Assembly (NCBI GenBank): GCA_963701085.1
Contig: OY969561.1
Coordinates: forward strand, 960,001-1,024,000
From: an uncultured bacterium
GTDB lineage: Bacteria > Babelota > Babeliae > Babelales > Vermiphilaceae
Reading direction: 5' to 3'
DNA: 64,000 bases
In this document: piece by piece, positions 43,544-55,051 of the stretch
Numbering within the stretch: the first letter of the stretch is position 1
How the letters are laid out: the number at the start of each line of letters is the position of its first letter
Notes under the pieces: generated by a model
Told to the model about the DNA's origin: nothing
What the model saw: the letters and a program-made list of their open reading frames with translations, nothing else
The model's database searches: none
Position numbers and translations under genes: made by a program

Positions 43544-43566
43544 TTTCTAAACTCCTTTTTTAGCAT

Positions 43567-43600
43567 AAAAAAACACCTGGAATTACCCAGGTGTTTTTAT
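43567..43600 (-). terminator. Intrinsic terminator after aspS
   Basis: aaaaacacctgg-aattac-ccaggtgttttt. Confidence 0.7.
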
Positions 43601-43606
43601 CATCAT

Positions 43607-45413
43607 TTATTCCTTTGTGGCAGTCAACCCTTCTTCATTAAAACTTCGAAGGGCTGGCAGTAACTGCAGACCATAATCTTTAAGTTGTTTGTTTTCCACG
43701 GAAGTTGGTGATTCCATCATTGGATCACATCCACGCGCAGTTTTTGGAAACGCAATTACTTCACGAATGGATGCTGTATTAGTTAACAACATAATAAAAC
43801 GATCAAGACCAAGTGCAATACCACCATGCGGAGGGAATCCAAGTTCTTGTGCTTCAAGCAAGAATCCAAATTTTGATTCCACTTCTTCTTTACTTAATCC
43901 AAGAAGGTTAAATACTTTTTCCTGTACAGTACGATCATGAATACGAATTGATCCACCACCAAGTTCAATACCATTCAACACAACATCATATGCACGCGCT
44001 TTTATAACGCCCAGTTCTTGATTTTCCCAACCTTTGGCTGGTGAAGTAAATGGATGATGTTTTGCATTCCAACATTTATCTTTTTTATCATATTCAAGCA
44101 ATGGAAAATCAGTAACCCATGAAAAATTAAGTTCGTCTATCAGGAATAATATTCAACTCTTTTGCAAGTTCTTGACGTAAGCGTCCTAATATTTCCCATG
44201 CAGTTTCATATTCCCCTGCAACAATAAAAAGAACACTCCCATTAACAATTGCTTCACATGCATTAACTGCACGTGTAAAAAAATCTGCTGGTAAAAATTT
44301 TGAAACAGGAGAACTAATTTTATCAGGGCTTTCAAGATCAATCCATAACAAACCCTTTGCTCCTAATTTTTGGGCTTTATCCACCCAACGATTAAGTTCA
44401 GAATGCGTAAATGCATGGCCAGAAACATGAATGCCACCAATTTTTTCACCTCTATTAATTGCATCACGTAAAAATTTAAGTTCAGTATCAGCAAACAATG
44501 ACGTAAAATCATTAATTTTTAAATCATACCGCAAATCTGGCTTATCAGAACCATATGCTGCAAATGCTTCATCATACGTTAAACGCTTAAATGGTATTTT
44601 TAAATTTTTGCCGAGCACTTTTGTAAAAATATGTTTTAGCAAACGTTCAATCAGATCCTGTATAACATTTTCTCCAATAAATGACATTTCAACATCAAGC
44701 TGCGTAAATTCTGGCTGACGATCTGCACGTAAATCTTCATCACGGAAACAGCGCGCCACCTGAAAATACTTTTCCATGCCACCGCACATTAAAATCTGCT
44801 TATATAACTGAGGAGACTGTGGTAATGCATAAAAAGAACCTGGATGAATTCGTGAAGGAACCAAAAATTCACGTGCTCCTTCGGGCGTATTTTTGGTTAA
44901 AATAGGAGTTTCAATTTCATAAAACTGTTCACCATTTAAAAATTCACGCATCGCAAAAATAACTTTGTGACGCAATGCAAAATTGTTATGCATCTCAGGA
45001 CGACGCAAATCAAGATATCTATATTTTAAACGGAGCTCTTCATCAATAACATCAGTGCTTTCTATAGAAAATGGCAACATTTTTGCGGTGTTTAAAATGG
45101 TAATTTTTTCAACATGCAATTCCCATTTACCTGTTGCCAACTCTTTATTGATTGTTTCAGGAGCTCGTTCTACTACCTTGCCACAAACCGTTATGACATA
45201 CTCAGAACGTACCTTGTGAGCAATTTCATGAACTTCTTGTGAAAATTCAGGATTACAAACAAGCTGCATCAACCCACTACGATCACGCAAATCAATAAAA
45301 ATTAATCCACCATGATCACGACGCCTATGAACCCATCCAGAAAGACATATCTGTTTATTTAAATATTGTTCATTAACTAATCCACACCCTGTTGTGCGTT
45401 CAGATATTTCCAT
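43607..45413 (-). CDS. aspS: Aspartate-tRNA ligase (frameshift near 44130)
   Basis: GWVHRRRDHGG, RLKYRYLDLRR, LPQSPQLYKQ, CFRDEDLRADRQPEFTQ, PPHGGIALGLDR. Confidence 0.95.
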
Positions 45414-45537
45414 ATATATTTCCTTAAAAAATCTTAATCCAATAATTAGAAAGTAAAATAATAGTAATAATTATATCACAACAAAAAAAAGGGTAACACG
45501 CGTATTTATCGTGTTACCCCATGTTTTTACTCATTCA

Positions 45538-47499
45538 TTAAAAGCAATAAATCAATCCCAAATTAAAGGTATATGCAACATTATTGCCTAAACCAGGAAT
45601 ACGATCTGGTTTACCTGTTGGATCTTCACTATCATAAAACGCTTCTTCTTCATCAGTAAAAACTCGCGTTCCCATGCGATCTTTATAATGTGATCCAGGG
45701 AAAAACATTGAAGACACCCAGAAAATTTTCAAATCTTTAAGCAAACTATAGTTAATAAACAATCCTGTTTCAACACCAAGGAATGTTCGTGCCTTACCAA
45801 TTTGCTTTTCTTGCCATAAAGCGAGAACGTTAGGATTTATCTCAAACGGCTTTTTCCATGATTTTGGTTTCCATTTTAATGATGTACCACAGTAAATCAA
45901 GTTGGTAAATCCAGAAACTGCTTGTGCTTTAGTCGTTGGTGCTTGAACATCTCCTGAGGCTGGTGTTGAAAATAATCGTTTTAATTTTCCCGCACCACCA
46001 AGTAAGAATACACTTCGCACACGCTTTCCAGAATATGTTTCTTGTAATCCTATAAACCCTTCATACGTACCATCTTTGCTTTCAAAATTAGGATTATCAT
46101 CTCCTGAAGCAACCCCTGCAGCTACCGCTAAAAGTAGATCTTTATCACAGAATGAATATCCAGCATCAGTCACAAACATCCAACCTCTGTACGTATTAGT
46201 GTAATGTTTGCCAAATCGCCCTTTGCTATTTATTAAAGCAATCTGAGTACCCGGTTTATTCACTAAATACCCTAGTGATGATACTTTACCAATTTCTTGA
46301 CCATTCCAGTTTTCACTTTGTTTTGTAGGATCATTAATAAATTTTTGAGCGTCACTACCAGGAACATACGGCGCAGGTTCAACAACTGGCTGACCGAGTA
46401 AATCGATATAACTTGCATTAACGTTGTCATTAACCAAAACAACAACACCTTTGTTATTATTTTCTTTAATAATATTACGATCCCAGCCTTTTACGCGCTG
46501 CTGACCAAAGTTAACCGCATAATCAAAACCACACTCAAAGCGATTACCATAAAATTCACTTGCTAATCCTGCAGTTCCAAGCTTGCTGGATGCATCAGCA
46601 GGAAATTCAATTTTTTGTTCAGGATCATTGTTATATAATCCGTAAGGCTCAACTGTCAATCTACCAAGCCATGAATTATCAAACACATTCCAATTAAAGC
46701 GCCCTGCCATTATATAATTTACTTTACCAAAACCACGTTTAGTATCCTTATCAACCGCTCCAATATGCTGAGCAAAAATAACTTTTTCAGTATCAGCTAT
46801 GCCGGTACTATTGTTTTGTAAAATAGCGGTATATAAATCATATGATAAAATTTTTGGAAAAATATCTCCTGAAAATTTTGCACCAAATGCATACTGATCA
46901 ACAACACTATCAGACCAAAAACCAAGAACTTCAGGACCACTTGCATAAGCATCGCCAAGAGCAATACCACGACCCAACTGAAACGGAAATGCCCCAATAG
47001 TAAATGTATGAATGTTTTTAAAGGGCAGATTAACTGCTTGGTTAATATTAAATTGTAACCATAACTGTCTAATCCAAAATACATGGCGAGGGAATCCGTG
47101 TTTATGAGTTCCTCTAATAGCATCAAGAATTTTTATATCCGCAAATGTTGTACTTGCTATACTTTCAGGATTTCCCCATATCCCTTTGTTACGAACCTGG
47201 AAAAGAAATTCTGCTATTTTTTCTCCATATGTCTGTGCGCCATACAACAAATCAACAGAGAGATCTAAAACATGCTTAGAAACATATGATTTATCAAAAT
47301 CATTATCATTATTCAGCCAATTAACATTTTTACCATAAAATGTTTCTGGCTTAAATACACCAGAAAAAACATATTCAAAATCACCGGATGTTGATCGTAG
47401 TTCAGCCCGTAACAAGCCAACCGATAAAAATTGTAATATAATAACTGTTAACAAATATCCCTTAATGCGCATGTCTTCCTTTGAATCCTGTATAACCAC
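45538..47499 (-). CDS. Predicted outer-membrane beta-barrel protein
   Basis: Signal peptide, alternating aromatic strands, ASGDD motif, terminal FNLGLIYCF. Confidence 0.65.
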   Translation of the reverse strand: MVIQDSKEDMRIKGYLLTVIILQFLSVGLLRAELRSTSGDFEYVFSGVFKPETFYGKNVNWLNNDNDFDKSYVSKHVLDLSVDLLYGAQTYGEKIAEFLFQVRNKGIWGNPESIASTTFADIKILDAIRGTHKHGFPRHVFWIRQLWLQFNINQAVNLPFKNIHTFTIGAFPFQLGRGIALGDAYASGPEVLGFWSDSVVDQYAFGAKFSGDIFPKILSYDLYTAILQNNSTGIADTEKVIFAQHIGAVDKDTKRGFGKVNYIMAGRFNWNVFDNSWLGRLTVEPYGLYNNDPEQKIEFPADASSKLGTAGLASEFYGNRFECGFDYAVNFGQQRVKGWDRNIIKENNNKGVVVLVNDNVNASYIDLLGQPVVEPAPYVPGSDAQKFINDPTKQSENWNGQEIGKVSSLGYLVNKPGTQIALINSKGRFGKHYTNTYRGWMFVTDAGYSFCDKDLLLAVAAGVASGDDNPNFESKDGTYEGFIGLQETYSGKRVRSVFLLGGAGKLKRLFSTPASGDVQAPTTKAQAVSGFTNLIYCGTSLKWKPKSWKKPFEINPNVLALWQEKQIGKARTFLGVETGLFINYSLLKDLKIFWVSSMFFPGSHYKDRMGTRVFTDEEEAFYDSEDPTGKPDRIPGLGNNVAYTFNLGLIYCF

Positions 47500-47631
47500 A
47501 AAATAGATTGAATAGAAATGTGTAAAAAATTCGAATTTTAATCTGAATAGATTACTCTAAAATAATCGTACTCTATTGGGTTAATTTGTCAACTCAAAAA
47601 GCTGTTTTAACCTATCTACAAAAGGATTTTA

Positions 47632-48531
47632 ATGCGTAAAGAACATTCACTTTTACTCGGTGCCCACATGTCCATAGCAGGCGGAATACAACTTGCCATA
47701 GAACGAGGAGAATCAATTGGGTGCACGGCAATTCAAATATTTACCAAAAGCAATCGTCAATGGCATGCAAAGCCTATCACTGATGAAGAAGCAATAGCTT
47801 TTAAAAATGCATGGAAAAACTCATCCATTCAATCAGTTATTGCCCATGCTTCCTATCTTATTAACATTGGATCATCAAACCATGAAATTGAAAAAAAGTC
47901 AGTCAACGCTCTTGAGCTGGAAATCAAAAGATGTACTGAACTGGATATACCCTATCTTGTTTTACATCCTGGATCGCGCACAGATGCCGATGAAGAATCA
48001 TGTCTTGCCAAAATCAGCGATAATCTTAACAAACTTCTGGCTAAAACCTCCGATTGCACAATTTTATTAGAAACAATGGCTGGCCAGGGAACTAATGTAG
48101 GCTATTCCTTTGAACACCTTGCACAAATAATTAAGAATATCGACCATAAAAATCGTGTTGGTGTCTGTTTGGATACCTGTCATGCATTTGCTGCAGGCTA
48201 TGACTTTAGAACAGAAAAAACATATAATCTTATGTGGGAACAATTTGATAAGATAATCGGGATTAATAAACTCAAAGCAGTTCACATCAATGATTCACAA
48301 CAAGATCTTGGATCCCGTGTGGATCGTCATACTGATATCGGCAAGGGAAAGATAGGATTAAGAGCCTTTGAATTGTTGTTTAATGATCCAAGATTTTTTG
48401 ATATCCCCAAGGTTTTAGAAACCCCAAAAGATGATCTATCTGATGATAAAAGAAATATGGAAAAATTAATAGATTTGCTGACTCATAAAACGCGAACGCT
48501 CTTACACGTTGCTACAAAAAAAGAAAATTAG
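47632..48531 (+). CDS. nfo: Endonuclease IV
   Basis: LGAHMSIAGG, HASYLIN, LHPG, LETMAGQG, DTCHAFAAG, HINDS, DRH, LETP. Confidence 0.95.
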   Translation: MRKEHSLLLGAHMSIAGGIQLAIERGESIGCTAIQIFTKSNRQWHAKPITDEEAIAFKNAWKNSSIQSVIAHASYLINIGSSNHEIEKKSVNALELEIKRCTELDIPYLVLHPGSRTDADEESCLAKISDNLNKLLAKTSDCTILLETMAGQGTNVGYSFEHLAQIIKNIDHKNRVGVCLDTCHAFAAGYDFRTEKTYNLMWEQFDKIIGINKLKAVHINDSQQDLGSRVDRHTDIGKGKIGLRAFELLFNDPRFFDIPKVLETPKDDLSDDKRNMEKLIDLLTHKTRTLLHVATKKEN

Positions 48532-48847
48532 AAACTGAGATAATAGATTATATCTTTGAAAGTGAGCTAAGAAGAAATTGTAGTAAATAAATCAAAGAAA
48601 ATATAATCCATTATCTCGTCACTAAAACAGTGCTTTCAACCATCCTTTTTAACTAACCACTAATAAAAAAGGAATTAAAATACTTAAAAGCATTATTAAG
48701 TTTGAACATGATCATCTAAAAAACAATTTTTTTTTTATTTAAATTTGTGCAACAACAAAAAAAGCTATAAACAAAGACTATTTTAAGAAATTTATGTTGT
48801 TTTATTAAAAAAACAACATAAAACAACAAAAAAACATAACCCCTCTA

Positions 48848-50527
48848 TTATTGACTGTTTTTTTGGGCAACAGCCTCAATAAAGCTTTTAAATAAAGGAT
48901 GTACTTTAATCGGTGAGGATTGAAATTCTGGATGAAATTGTACTCCTACCATAAATGTATGATCTTTTACTTCTGCTATTTCAATTAAATCCATAGCAAC
49001 GCACATACCAGAAAAGACAATTCCTGCTTTCTCAAGTTGTTGTTTATATTCTTTATTTACTTCATAGCGATGTCTATGACGTTCAAGAACAGAATCTGAT
49101 TCATAAGCCTTATATGCATGAGTTCCTTTAATAAGTGTACACAAATAAGAACCCAGTCGCATATTAGCCCCTTTAGTAGTTATATTCTTCTGCTCACTCA
49201 TCATATACACAACAGGATCCTTGGTGTGCACATCAAATTCTGTACTATTTGCTGTATCAAGACCCAACAAAGAACGAGCTGCTTCTATAATCATAACCTG
49301 CATACCAAGACAAAGACCTAAATAAGGAATATCATTTTCACGAGCCCATTGACATGCTAAAATCTTACCTTCAACGCCCCTTGAATCAAAACCACCCGGA
49401 ACAACAATACCGTCGACAGATTTAAGATCTTTCCATGCTTGACTGTTGTCTTGATTATTATAATCCTTCTCAAGTCTCTCCGCTTCGATCGTAACAATGT
49501 TAACGCAATAATTAATATTATATGCAGCAGATTTTATTGCCTCAAATACACTAATATAGGGATCATTACTCCCAACATATTTTGCAACAAGACCAACTGT
49601 TAACGTTTTTTTGCTCTCAGCTATCTTATCAATAAATTGACGCCATAATGATATATCGATTTTTTTAATAGATGGAAGTTTAAAAAAATCTTGAATTTTT
49701 TCACCTACCCCTTGTTTTTCCAACTCAATAAATATTCTATAAACAGGATTAAATGTTAATACCTGAAAAATATACTCTTTTTTTACTTCGCACATAACTG
49801 AAAGCTTATCAATTGAGTGATTCTCAATTTCTCTATCTGCACGCAAGAATAAACAATCTGGTGTTAATCCTGCACGTTTTAACTCTATCACACTATGTTG
49901 TGTTGGCTTTGTTTTTACTTCATTCGCCCAATTAAGAAAAGGCACCAAGCTTAAATGTGCATGCATGACGTGTTTTGGGCCCAAATCCATTTTCAATTGA
50001 CGAACTGCTTCCAAAAAAAGCTCACCTTCAATATCACCAACAGTGCCACCAATCTCAAGTAAAACAAAATCGACATTATGTTTTAATGCAAATTCCAAAA
50101 GACGCTTTTTAGCAACATCAACAACATGCGGCACAAGCTGAATGCATTTGCCCAAAAAACGCCCTTCTCTTTCTCCATCAAGAACTTCCTTATAAATCTG
50201 CCCTGATGAAACAGAAGAATCTCTTTCTAAATTGAGACCTACCAATCGTTCATAATGACCCAAATCCAAATCAGTTTCAGCTCCATCAGATGTAACAAAA
50301 ACTTCACCATGAACAAGAGGTGACATCGTTCCTGGATCAACATTAAGATAAGGATCCCACTTAAGAATTGAAACTGAATATCCCGCTCCTTTTAAAAGTA
50401 CGCCAAGGGATGCAATCAAAATTCCTTTACCAATAGATGAACAAACACCACCGGTAACAACAATAAATTTCACGGGAGAAGTACGAACTTTTTCAAGCAA
50501 AACAGAAACTTCAGAAGCTATTTTCAT
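48848..50527 (-). CDS. pyrG: CTP synthase
   Basis: VTGGVCSSIGKG, DPGTMSP, KTKPTQHSV, GLCLGMQ, ERHRHRYEVN, QFHPEF. Confidence 0.96.
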   Translation of the reverse strand: MKIASEVSVLLEKVRTSPVKFIVVTGGVCSSIGKGILIASLGVLLKGAGYSVSILKWDPYLNVDPGTMSPLVHGEVFVTSDGAETDLDLGHYERLVGLNLERDSSVSSGQIYKEVLDGEREGRFLGKCIQLVPHVVDVAKKRLLEFALKHNVDFVLLEIGGTVGDIEGELFLEAVRQLKMDLGPKHVMHAHLSLVPFLNWANEVKTKPTQHSVIELKRAGLTPDCLFLRADREIENHSIDKLSVMCEVKKEYIFQVLTFNPVYRIFIELEKQGVGEKIQDFFKLPSIKKIDISLWRQFIDKIAESKKTLTVGLVAKYVGSNDPYISVFEAIKSAAYNINYCVNIVTIEAERLEKDYNNQDNSQAWKDLKSVDGIVVPGGFDSRGVEGKILACQWARENDIPYLGLCLGMQVMIIEAARSLLGLDTANSTEFDVHTKDPVVYMMSEQKNITTKGANMRLGSYLCTLIKGTHAYKAYESDSVLERHRHRYEVNKEYKQQLEKAGIVFSGMCVAMDLIEIAEVKDHTFMVGVQFHPEFQSSPIKVHPLFKSFIEAVAQKNSQ

Positions 50528-50570
50528 GGAGACAGTACCTTTTTTTACACAATTTTATCATTGCTATTAA

Positions 50571-50600
50571 AAAAGACGCCGTACTAATACGGCGTCAAAA
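50571..50600 (-). terminator. Hairpin terminator after infB
   Basis: gacgccgta-ctaa-tacggcgtc flanked by A runs. Confidence 0.65.
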
Positions 50601-50631
50601 TTGTTTTTTTTAATCAAAAAATCAACATTTC

Positions 50632-52683
50632 TTATTTTTTTGGAACATCAATGAAACATTCAACGCGATCATCTTCAGCCCATTCAGAAAAACCATTTAC
50701 CATAAATGCGCATTCAAAACCACTAAATACTTCTTTTACTGATTTTTTATCACGCTGCAAGCTTGAAATTTTTCCTTCACCAACTTTTGTTTTACCACGC
50801 CAAATCACAACATATCCATCGCGAGTAAAACGACCATCCCGCATAATTGCACCAGCAATAACACCAATTTTCTTAATATCAAATACACGAAGAACAACAG
50901 CTTCACCAATTTTAGTGCGAACCATTTCAATATCTTTTGCTGCTTCAGCAATGGTATCCAATTCTTCAAGTAATTTGTAAATAATACCATAGTAAGCAAT
51001 TGATACTTTTCTGCGATCAGCAAGATCTTGCGCATTTGATTCAGTTTTTACGTTGAAACAAATAATACGCGCTCCCGTATTAAAGGCAAATTCAATATCA
51101 CCTTCATTTACGTTGCCAACTTCTTGGCGTAGAATATTAAAACCTTTTTTTAATTTTTTAGAAAGACGATCAATTCCTTCAACAATTGCTTCAAGAGATG
51201 AATGGTTATCAGTCTTAACGATAAGATTAATACCTTTTTCATACATAAAACGCTTACCTGCTAGAGAAACTTTACCTTCTCCCGCTGATCTTATTTTTAA
51301 GTATTCATCTTTTGATACAACTCTAAAAAAATCTCCTGCCTCTGGTCTACTATCAAACCCAGCTGCCTGAGCGGGAATTGATGGATAAACTTCTTTAATT
51401 CTTTTGCCATATGAATCAAACAAAGAACTGATGTGACCTGATGTATTACCGCACAACAGATAGTCACCAACTTTTAAAACTCCATTTTGAGCAATAACCG
51501 TTGCAACAGCTCCACGCCCTGTTTCCACAGATGATTCTAAAATATATCCATTAGCTGGAACATTAATTTCTGCACGCAATTCCATTACTTCTGCTTGTAA
51601 ATTAATCATTTCAAGCAAATGATCAACCCCTGTTCCTGTTTTTGCTGAAATAGGAACGCATATAACATCTCCACCCCAATCTTCTACCGTAATACCATGT
51701 TGGTTAAGTTGTCTTTTTATTACATCAAGACGGGATGAATCGACCTTATCCATTTTATTTATTGCAACAATTATTGGCACTTTCATAGAAAGAGCATATT
51801 TTATTGCTTCAACTGTTTGAGGCATAACACCATCATCAGCCGCAACAATAAGAATTACAATATCCGCAACTTTTATACCACGCTGCCTAATTTTAACAAA
51901 AGCTTCATGTCCTGGAGTATCAAGAAAGACAATATTACCATGAGGAGTTGTTGCTTCATAAGCACCTAAATGCTGCGTTATTCCGCCCTTTTCTTTAAAG
52001 GCAACACGTGTTTTTCTAATATAATCAAGAAGAGTTGTTTTTCCATGATCAACGTGTCCAACAATAACAATAACTGGTGGTCTTTCTTTTAATGCAGAAC
52101 CGCTCGGCATTTTTTTAGCCGCTTCAACCACTTCTTGCTTTTCAGCAGTTTTTATAACGGGAATCTCATAGTGTCCAGCGAGCCGCTGTACCACCGTTTC
52201 AGGAATAATTTGGTTTTTGGTTGCTACTATTCCCCATTTAAGGAGAGTAATAATAACATCAGTAACTGGTTTTTTAGTTTTTTCCGCAAACTCAACCACA
52301 CTCATTTGGTGAACTAACAGTCCAACATTTGGAGCAAGAGCAGGTTGTTCTTTTTTACTTGGAGTAATAACTGGTTGCTCTTTTTTTGCAGAAATAGATT
52401 GTTGTTTTTTTTCTTCAGAAACTTTTGGAGACTTCTGAGCTGTTGCAGATGATAATTCAGGCACTTTGTTTTCAATCAGGCTAGAAGGTTTTGATTCTGT
52501 TAATGATTCAACATTTTTATGAGAGTTTTTGTCAGCCTTTGTTGATAACTTATTTAAAAAAGAAAGAGCTTTTTCATCCAAAATGGACATGTGACTTTTG
52601 ACATCAAAGCCATTTTTTTGCAATTTTTCTATAATATCTTTACTTGAAACATTGTTTAATTGGGCAAATTCATATATTCGCAT
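50632..52683 (-). CDS. infB: Translation initiation factor IF-2
   Basis: [30 protein letters not shown]. Confidence 0.96.
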   Translation of the reverse strand: MRIYEFAQLNNVSSKDIIEKLQKNGFDVKSHMSILDEKALSFLNKLSTKADKNSHKNVESLTESKPSSLIENKVPELSSATAQKSPKVSEEKKQQSISAKKEQPVITPSKKEQPALAPNVGLLVHQMSVVEFAEKTKKPVTDVIITLLKWGIVATKNQIIPETVVQRLAGHYEIPVIKTAEKQEVVEAAKKMPSGSALKERPPVIVIVGHVDHGKTTLLDYIRKTRVAFKEKGGITQHLGAYEATTPHGNIVFLDTPGHEAFVKIRQRGIKVADIVILIVAADDGVMPQTVEAIKYALSMKVPIIVAINKMDKVDSSRLDVIKRQLNQHGITVEDWGGDVICVPISAKTGTGVDHLLEMINLQAEVMELRAEINVPANGYILESSVETGRGAVATVIAQNGVLKVGDYLLCGNTSGHISSLFDSYGKRIKEVYPSIPAQAAGFDSRPEAGDFFRVVSKDEYLKIRSAGEGKVSLAGKRFMYEKGINLIVKTDNHSSLEAIVEGIDRLSKKLKKGFNILRQEVGNVNEGDIEFAFNTGARIICFNVKTESNAQDLADRRKVSIAYYGIIYKLLEELDTIAEAAKDIEMVRTKIGEAVVLRVFDIKKIGVIAGAIMRDGRFTRDGYVVIWRGKTKVGEGKISSLQRDKKSVKEVFSGFECAFMVNGFSEWAEDDRVECFIDVPKK

Positions 52684-52707
52684 AATAAAAAACTAAACAT
52701 CTTTTTT

Positions 52708-53781
52708 CTAAGCTTCTTCATTGGTTAACACTTCATCATCAACATCTTCTCTGTCTTTTTTAGGCACATCTTCACGAACAAGCTGAATACTTACACCAGT
52801 AATTTGAGAGGCTAACATTATATTTTGCCCGCCTTTTCCAATAGCAAATGGTCTTTGATCTTCATTCAGCCATACACGAGCTATTGTATTATCAGAACTC
52901 ATCTCTACTCGATCAATAGCAGCCGGCTTTAAAGAATTTTTTACAAACAATGGTAAAACATCACTCCAAAGAAAAACATCAATTGTTTCACCACCAAGCT
53001 CTTTTAAGATTGGCTTTATACGACTACCACCAACACCAACACATGTTCCAACAGGATCAATATTTCTATCATGAGAGGAAACAGCCACTTTTGATTTATA
53101 CCCAGAAGAACGGACAATTTTTTTAATTTCAACCAATTTTTCAAACACTTCTGGAATTTCTAACGCAAACAAAGCCTCTAAAAATTCTGACGAAATGCGA
53201 TCTAAAATAAGCTGATAATCACCTTGTGGCTCAACAAGCACTTCTTTCAACAAAGCTCTAACGGTATAACCAACTGCAAATTTTTCACCAGGAATGGAGA
53301 GAGAGTAAGGTAAAAAGGCATAAACATCACCAAACTTAACGGATATACCTCCACGTTCAGCCTTGTGAATGGTTCCAATAATAATTTGACCTTGTTTGTT
53401 TTTAAACTGATCGTAAACAATCTGAGCTTCGATTTGCTTGATACGACTTGCAATAACTTGACGCGCTCTCAGCACTTCAACGCGGCCAATTTTACCTTCA
53501 AACGGAACCCATATTTGATCATCCAAAGCAATATCTTTGTTTATATTGCGAGCTTTTTTTAGACTGATCTGGCTGTATTCATCATCAACAGACGCTACAA
53601 CAGTTTTTTGAACGAGCACAACAAGATTACCCGTAACGGAATCCGCTTCCACTTTGAGTGCAAGATCTGGATATTTACGTTGATAGGCAGCAAGCATACC
53701 TTCGCATACCACGGCACCTAAAGATTCTTTTTCTAATCCACGTTCTTCAACTAATTCGTCTATTACGTCAGCAAGTTTCAC
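52708..53781 (-). CDS. nusA: Transcription termination factor NusA
   Basis: EIPEV, KVAV, DPVGTCVGVGGSR, AIGKGGQN. Confidence 0.95.
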   Translation of the reverse strand: MKLADVIDELVEERGLEKESLGAVVCEGMLAAYQRKYPDLALKVEADSVTGNLVVLVQKTVVASVDDEYSQISLKKARNINKDIALDDQIWVPFEGKIGRVEVLRARQVIASRIKQIEAQIVYDQFKNKQGQIIIGTIHKAERGGISVKFGDVYAFLPYSLSIPGEKFAVGYTVRALLKEVLVEPQGDYQLILDRISSEFLEALFALEIPEVFEKLVEIKKIVRSSGYKSKVAVSSHDRNIDPVGTCVGVGGSRIKPILKELGGETIDVFLWSDVLPLFVKNSLKPAAIDRVEMSSDNTIARVWLNEDQRPFAIGKGGQNIMLASQITGVSIQLVREDVPKKDREDVDDEVLTNEEA

Positions 53782-54074
53782 AAGCTACCTCAAGTGATGA
53801 TAAATAATTAATTTTTTGTAACGATCAATATGGTCGTTGTTTTGACAAGAGATTACGACAGCAAAAAAAAAGTGCTGCAAACGTTTTTTCAAGTCTTATA
53901 CGTAAAGCTTATTACAATTATTTTTTTCTGGCAATAGTAAAGAGCAAATCCCCCCTTTTTCTGTATTTTAAGGTGCAGTTTAAGATTTGCTCTAAAAAAA
54001 AATAATCGTGAGCCTATTATTATAGTCTTAAAAAGAATAGATATATTCTCTTAAGATAATAGGTGAAGGGGTTA

Positions 54075-54329
54075 GTGGTGCATAACTCGCCATTTTTTCT
54101 TCCAATACATCGATTAGATCACTATAATTTTTTTAAAATGGGTGGTGCATAAGTGGTTGATAACTGGTTGATAACTCTGGAAATAGCTATTGGATCGATA
54201 CTTTTAGAGGACAATTGTTGAAAAGTTCTTTTTGATCGCACTATTCATTCGATGAAAAAATGATGAAAAAAAAGTTATGAACAAGTTATGCACCACTTAT
54301 CAACCACTTATGCACCACTTATGCACCAC
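54075..54329. other. Probable replication origin (oriC) with DnaA-box-like 11-bp arrays
   Basis: Nine TTAT(G/C)(C/A)AC-type units in two oppositely oriented tandem arrays; visible C-rich to G-rich switch of the + strand across this gap. Confidence 0.7.
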
Positions 54330-54384
54330 CCCTGAGCAATTCTGTGTGTAATTTGCATGCTTTGTAGCAGGCGACAGTTTTTTA

Positions 54385-54960
54385 TTATTGTTTGCAAATT
54401 GAATAAGCGGTGTAGATATCCTTGGTCAGTAAATCTGTTTTTTTTGGATTTCTGAGAATATAAGCCGGATGATAGGTCGGAATGACTATAATTGAACCAA
54501 AAAGTAGCTGCGTGCCATGAATTTCGTGCATTTTTACCGGTTTTTCGAGTAAGGCTTCTATAGCGGCTGATCCAAGAGTGCAGATGACTTTGGGTTTGAT
54601 GATGCTAATTTGATTGATGAGCAAGAGGTCTTTGCATGTTTTTGTTTCTTGTGGAGTTGGCTTACGGTTTTGCGGAGGACGACATTTTACGCTGTTGGTG
54701 ATAAATATTTTTTCTCTGTTTATATCGAGCGAGGTTAGTATTTTGGTGAGAAATTTACCTGATCTACCAATAAATGGAATTCCTTGTTCATCTTCATCCT
54801 TTCCAGGCGCTTCTCCAATGATCATTAGTTGCGCATTGGGGTTTCCTTGTCCAAAAACAACAGTTTTTCTTCCCAGTTTTCCCAATGGACAGGAGAGACA
54901 TTTGATATAAGGCTCGTATAGTTGTTGCAAAAGTACTGTTTTTTGATCTTTTTGATTCAT
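54385..54960 (-). CDS. Uracil-DNA glycosylase family 4
   Basis: CxxC, GEAPGKDED, PFIGRSG, VKCRPPQNR, TYHPAY. Confidence 0.93.
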   Translation of the reverse strand: MNQKDQKTVLLQQLYEPYIKCLSCPLGKLGRKTVVFGQGNPNAQLMIIGEAPGKDEDEQGIPFIGRSGKFLTKILTSLDINREKIFITNSVKCRPPQNRKPTPQETKTCKDLLLINQISIIKPKVICTLGSAAIEALLEKPVKMHEIHGTQLLFGSIIVIPTYHPAYILRNPKKTDLLTKDIYTAYSICKQ

Positions 54961-55051
54961 ATGTTGCTTTCGTTCATTCCGAGTGTATTGAGCGAAAAAA
55001 TAAATAGTGCACCATTAAGTATATACAAAATAGTGCACTATGTTACTTTTT

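Noticed and set aside
44100-44140. Programmed frameshift or split aspS
   Set aside because: Similar indels are scattered through many unrelated genes; assembly error is simpler.
48532-48847. Possible ncRNA in nfo-pyrG gap
   Set aside because: Low-complexity A-rich sequence with only weak inverted repeats.
54140-54175. dif/XerC site
   Set aside because: No XerD arm at 6-bp spacing, and skew direction indicates an origin rather than a terminus.
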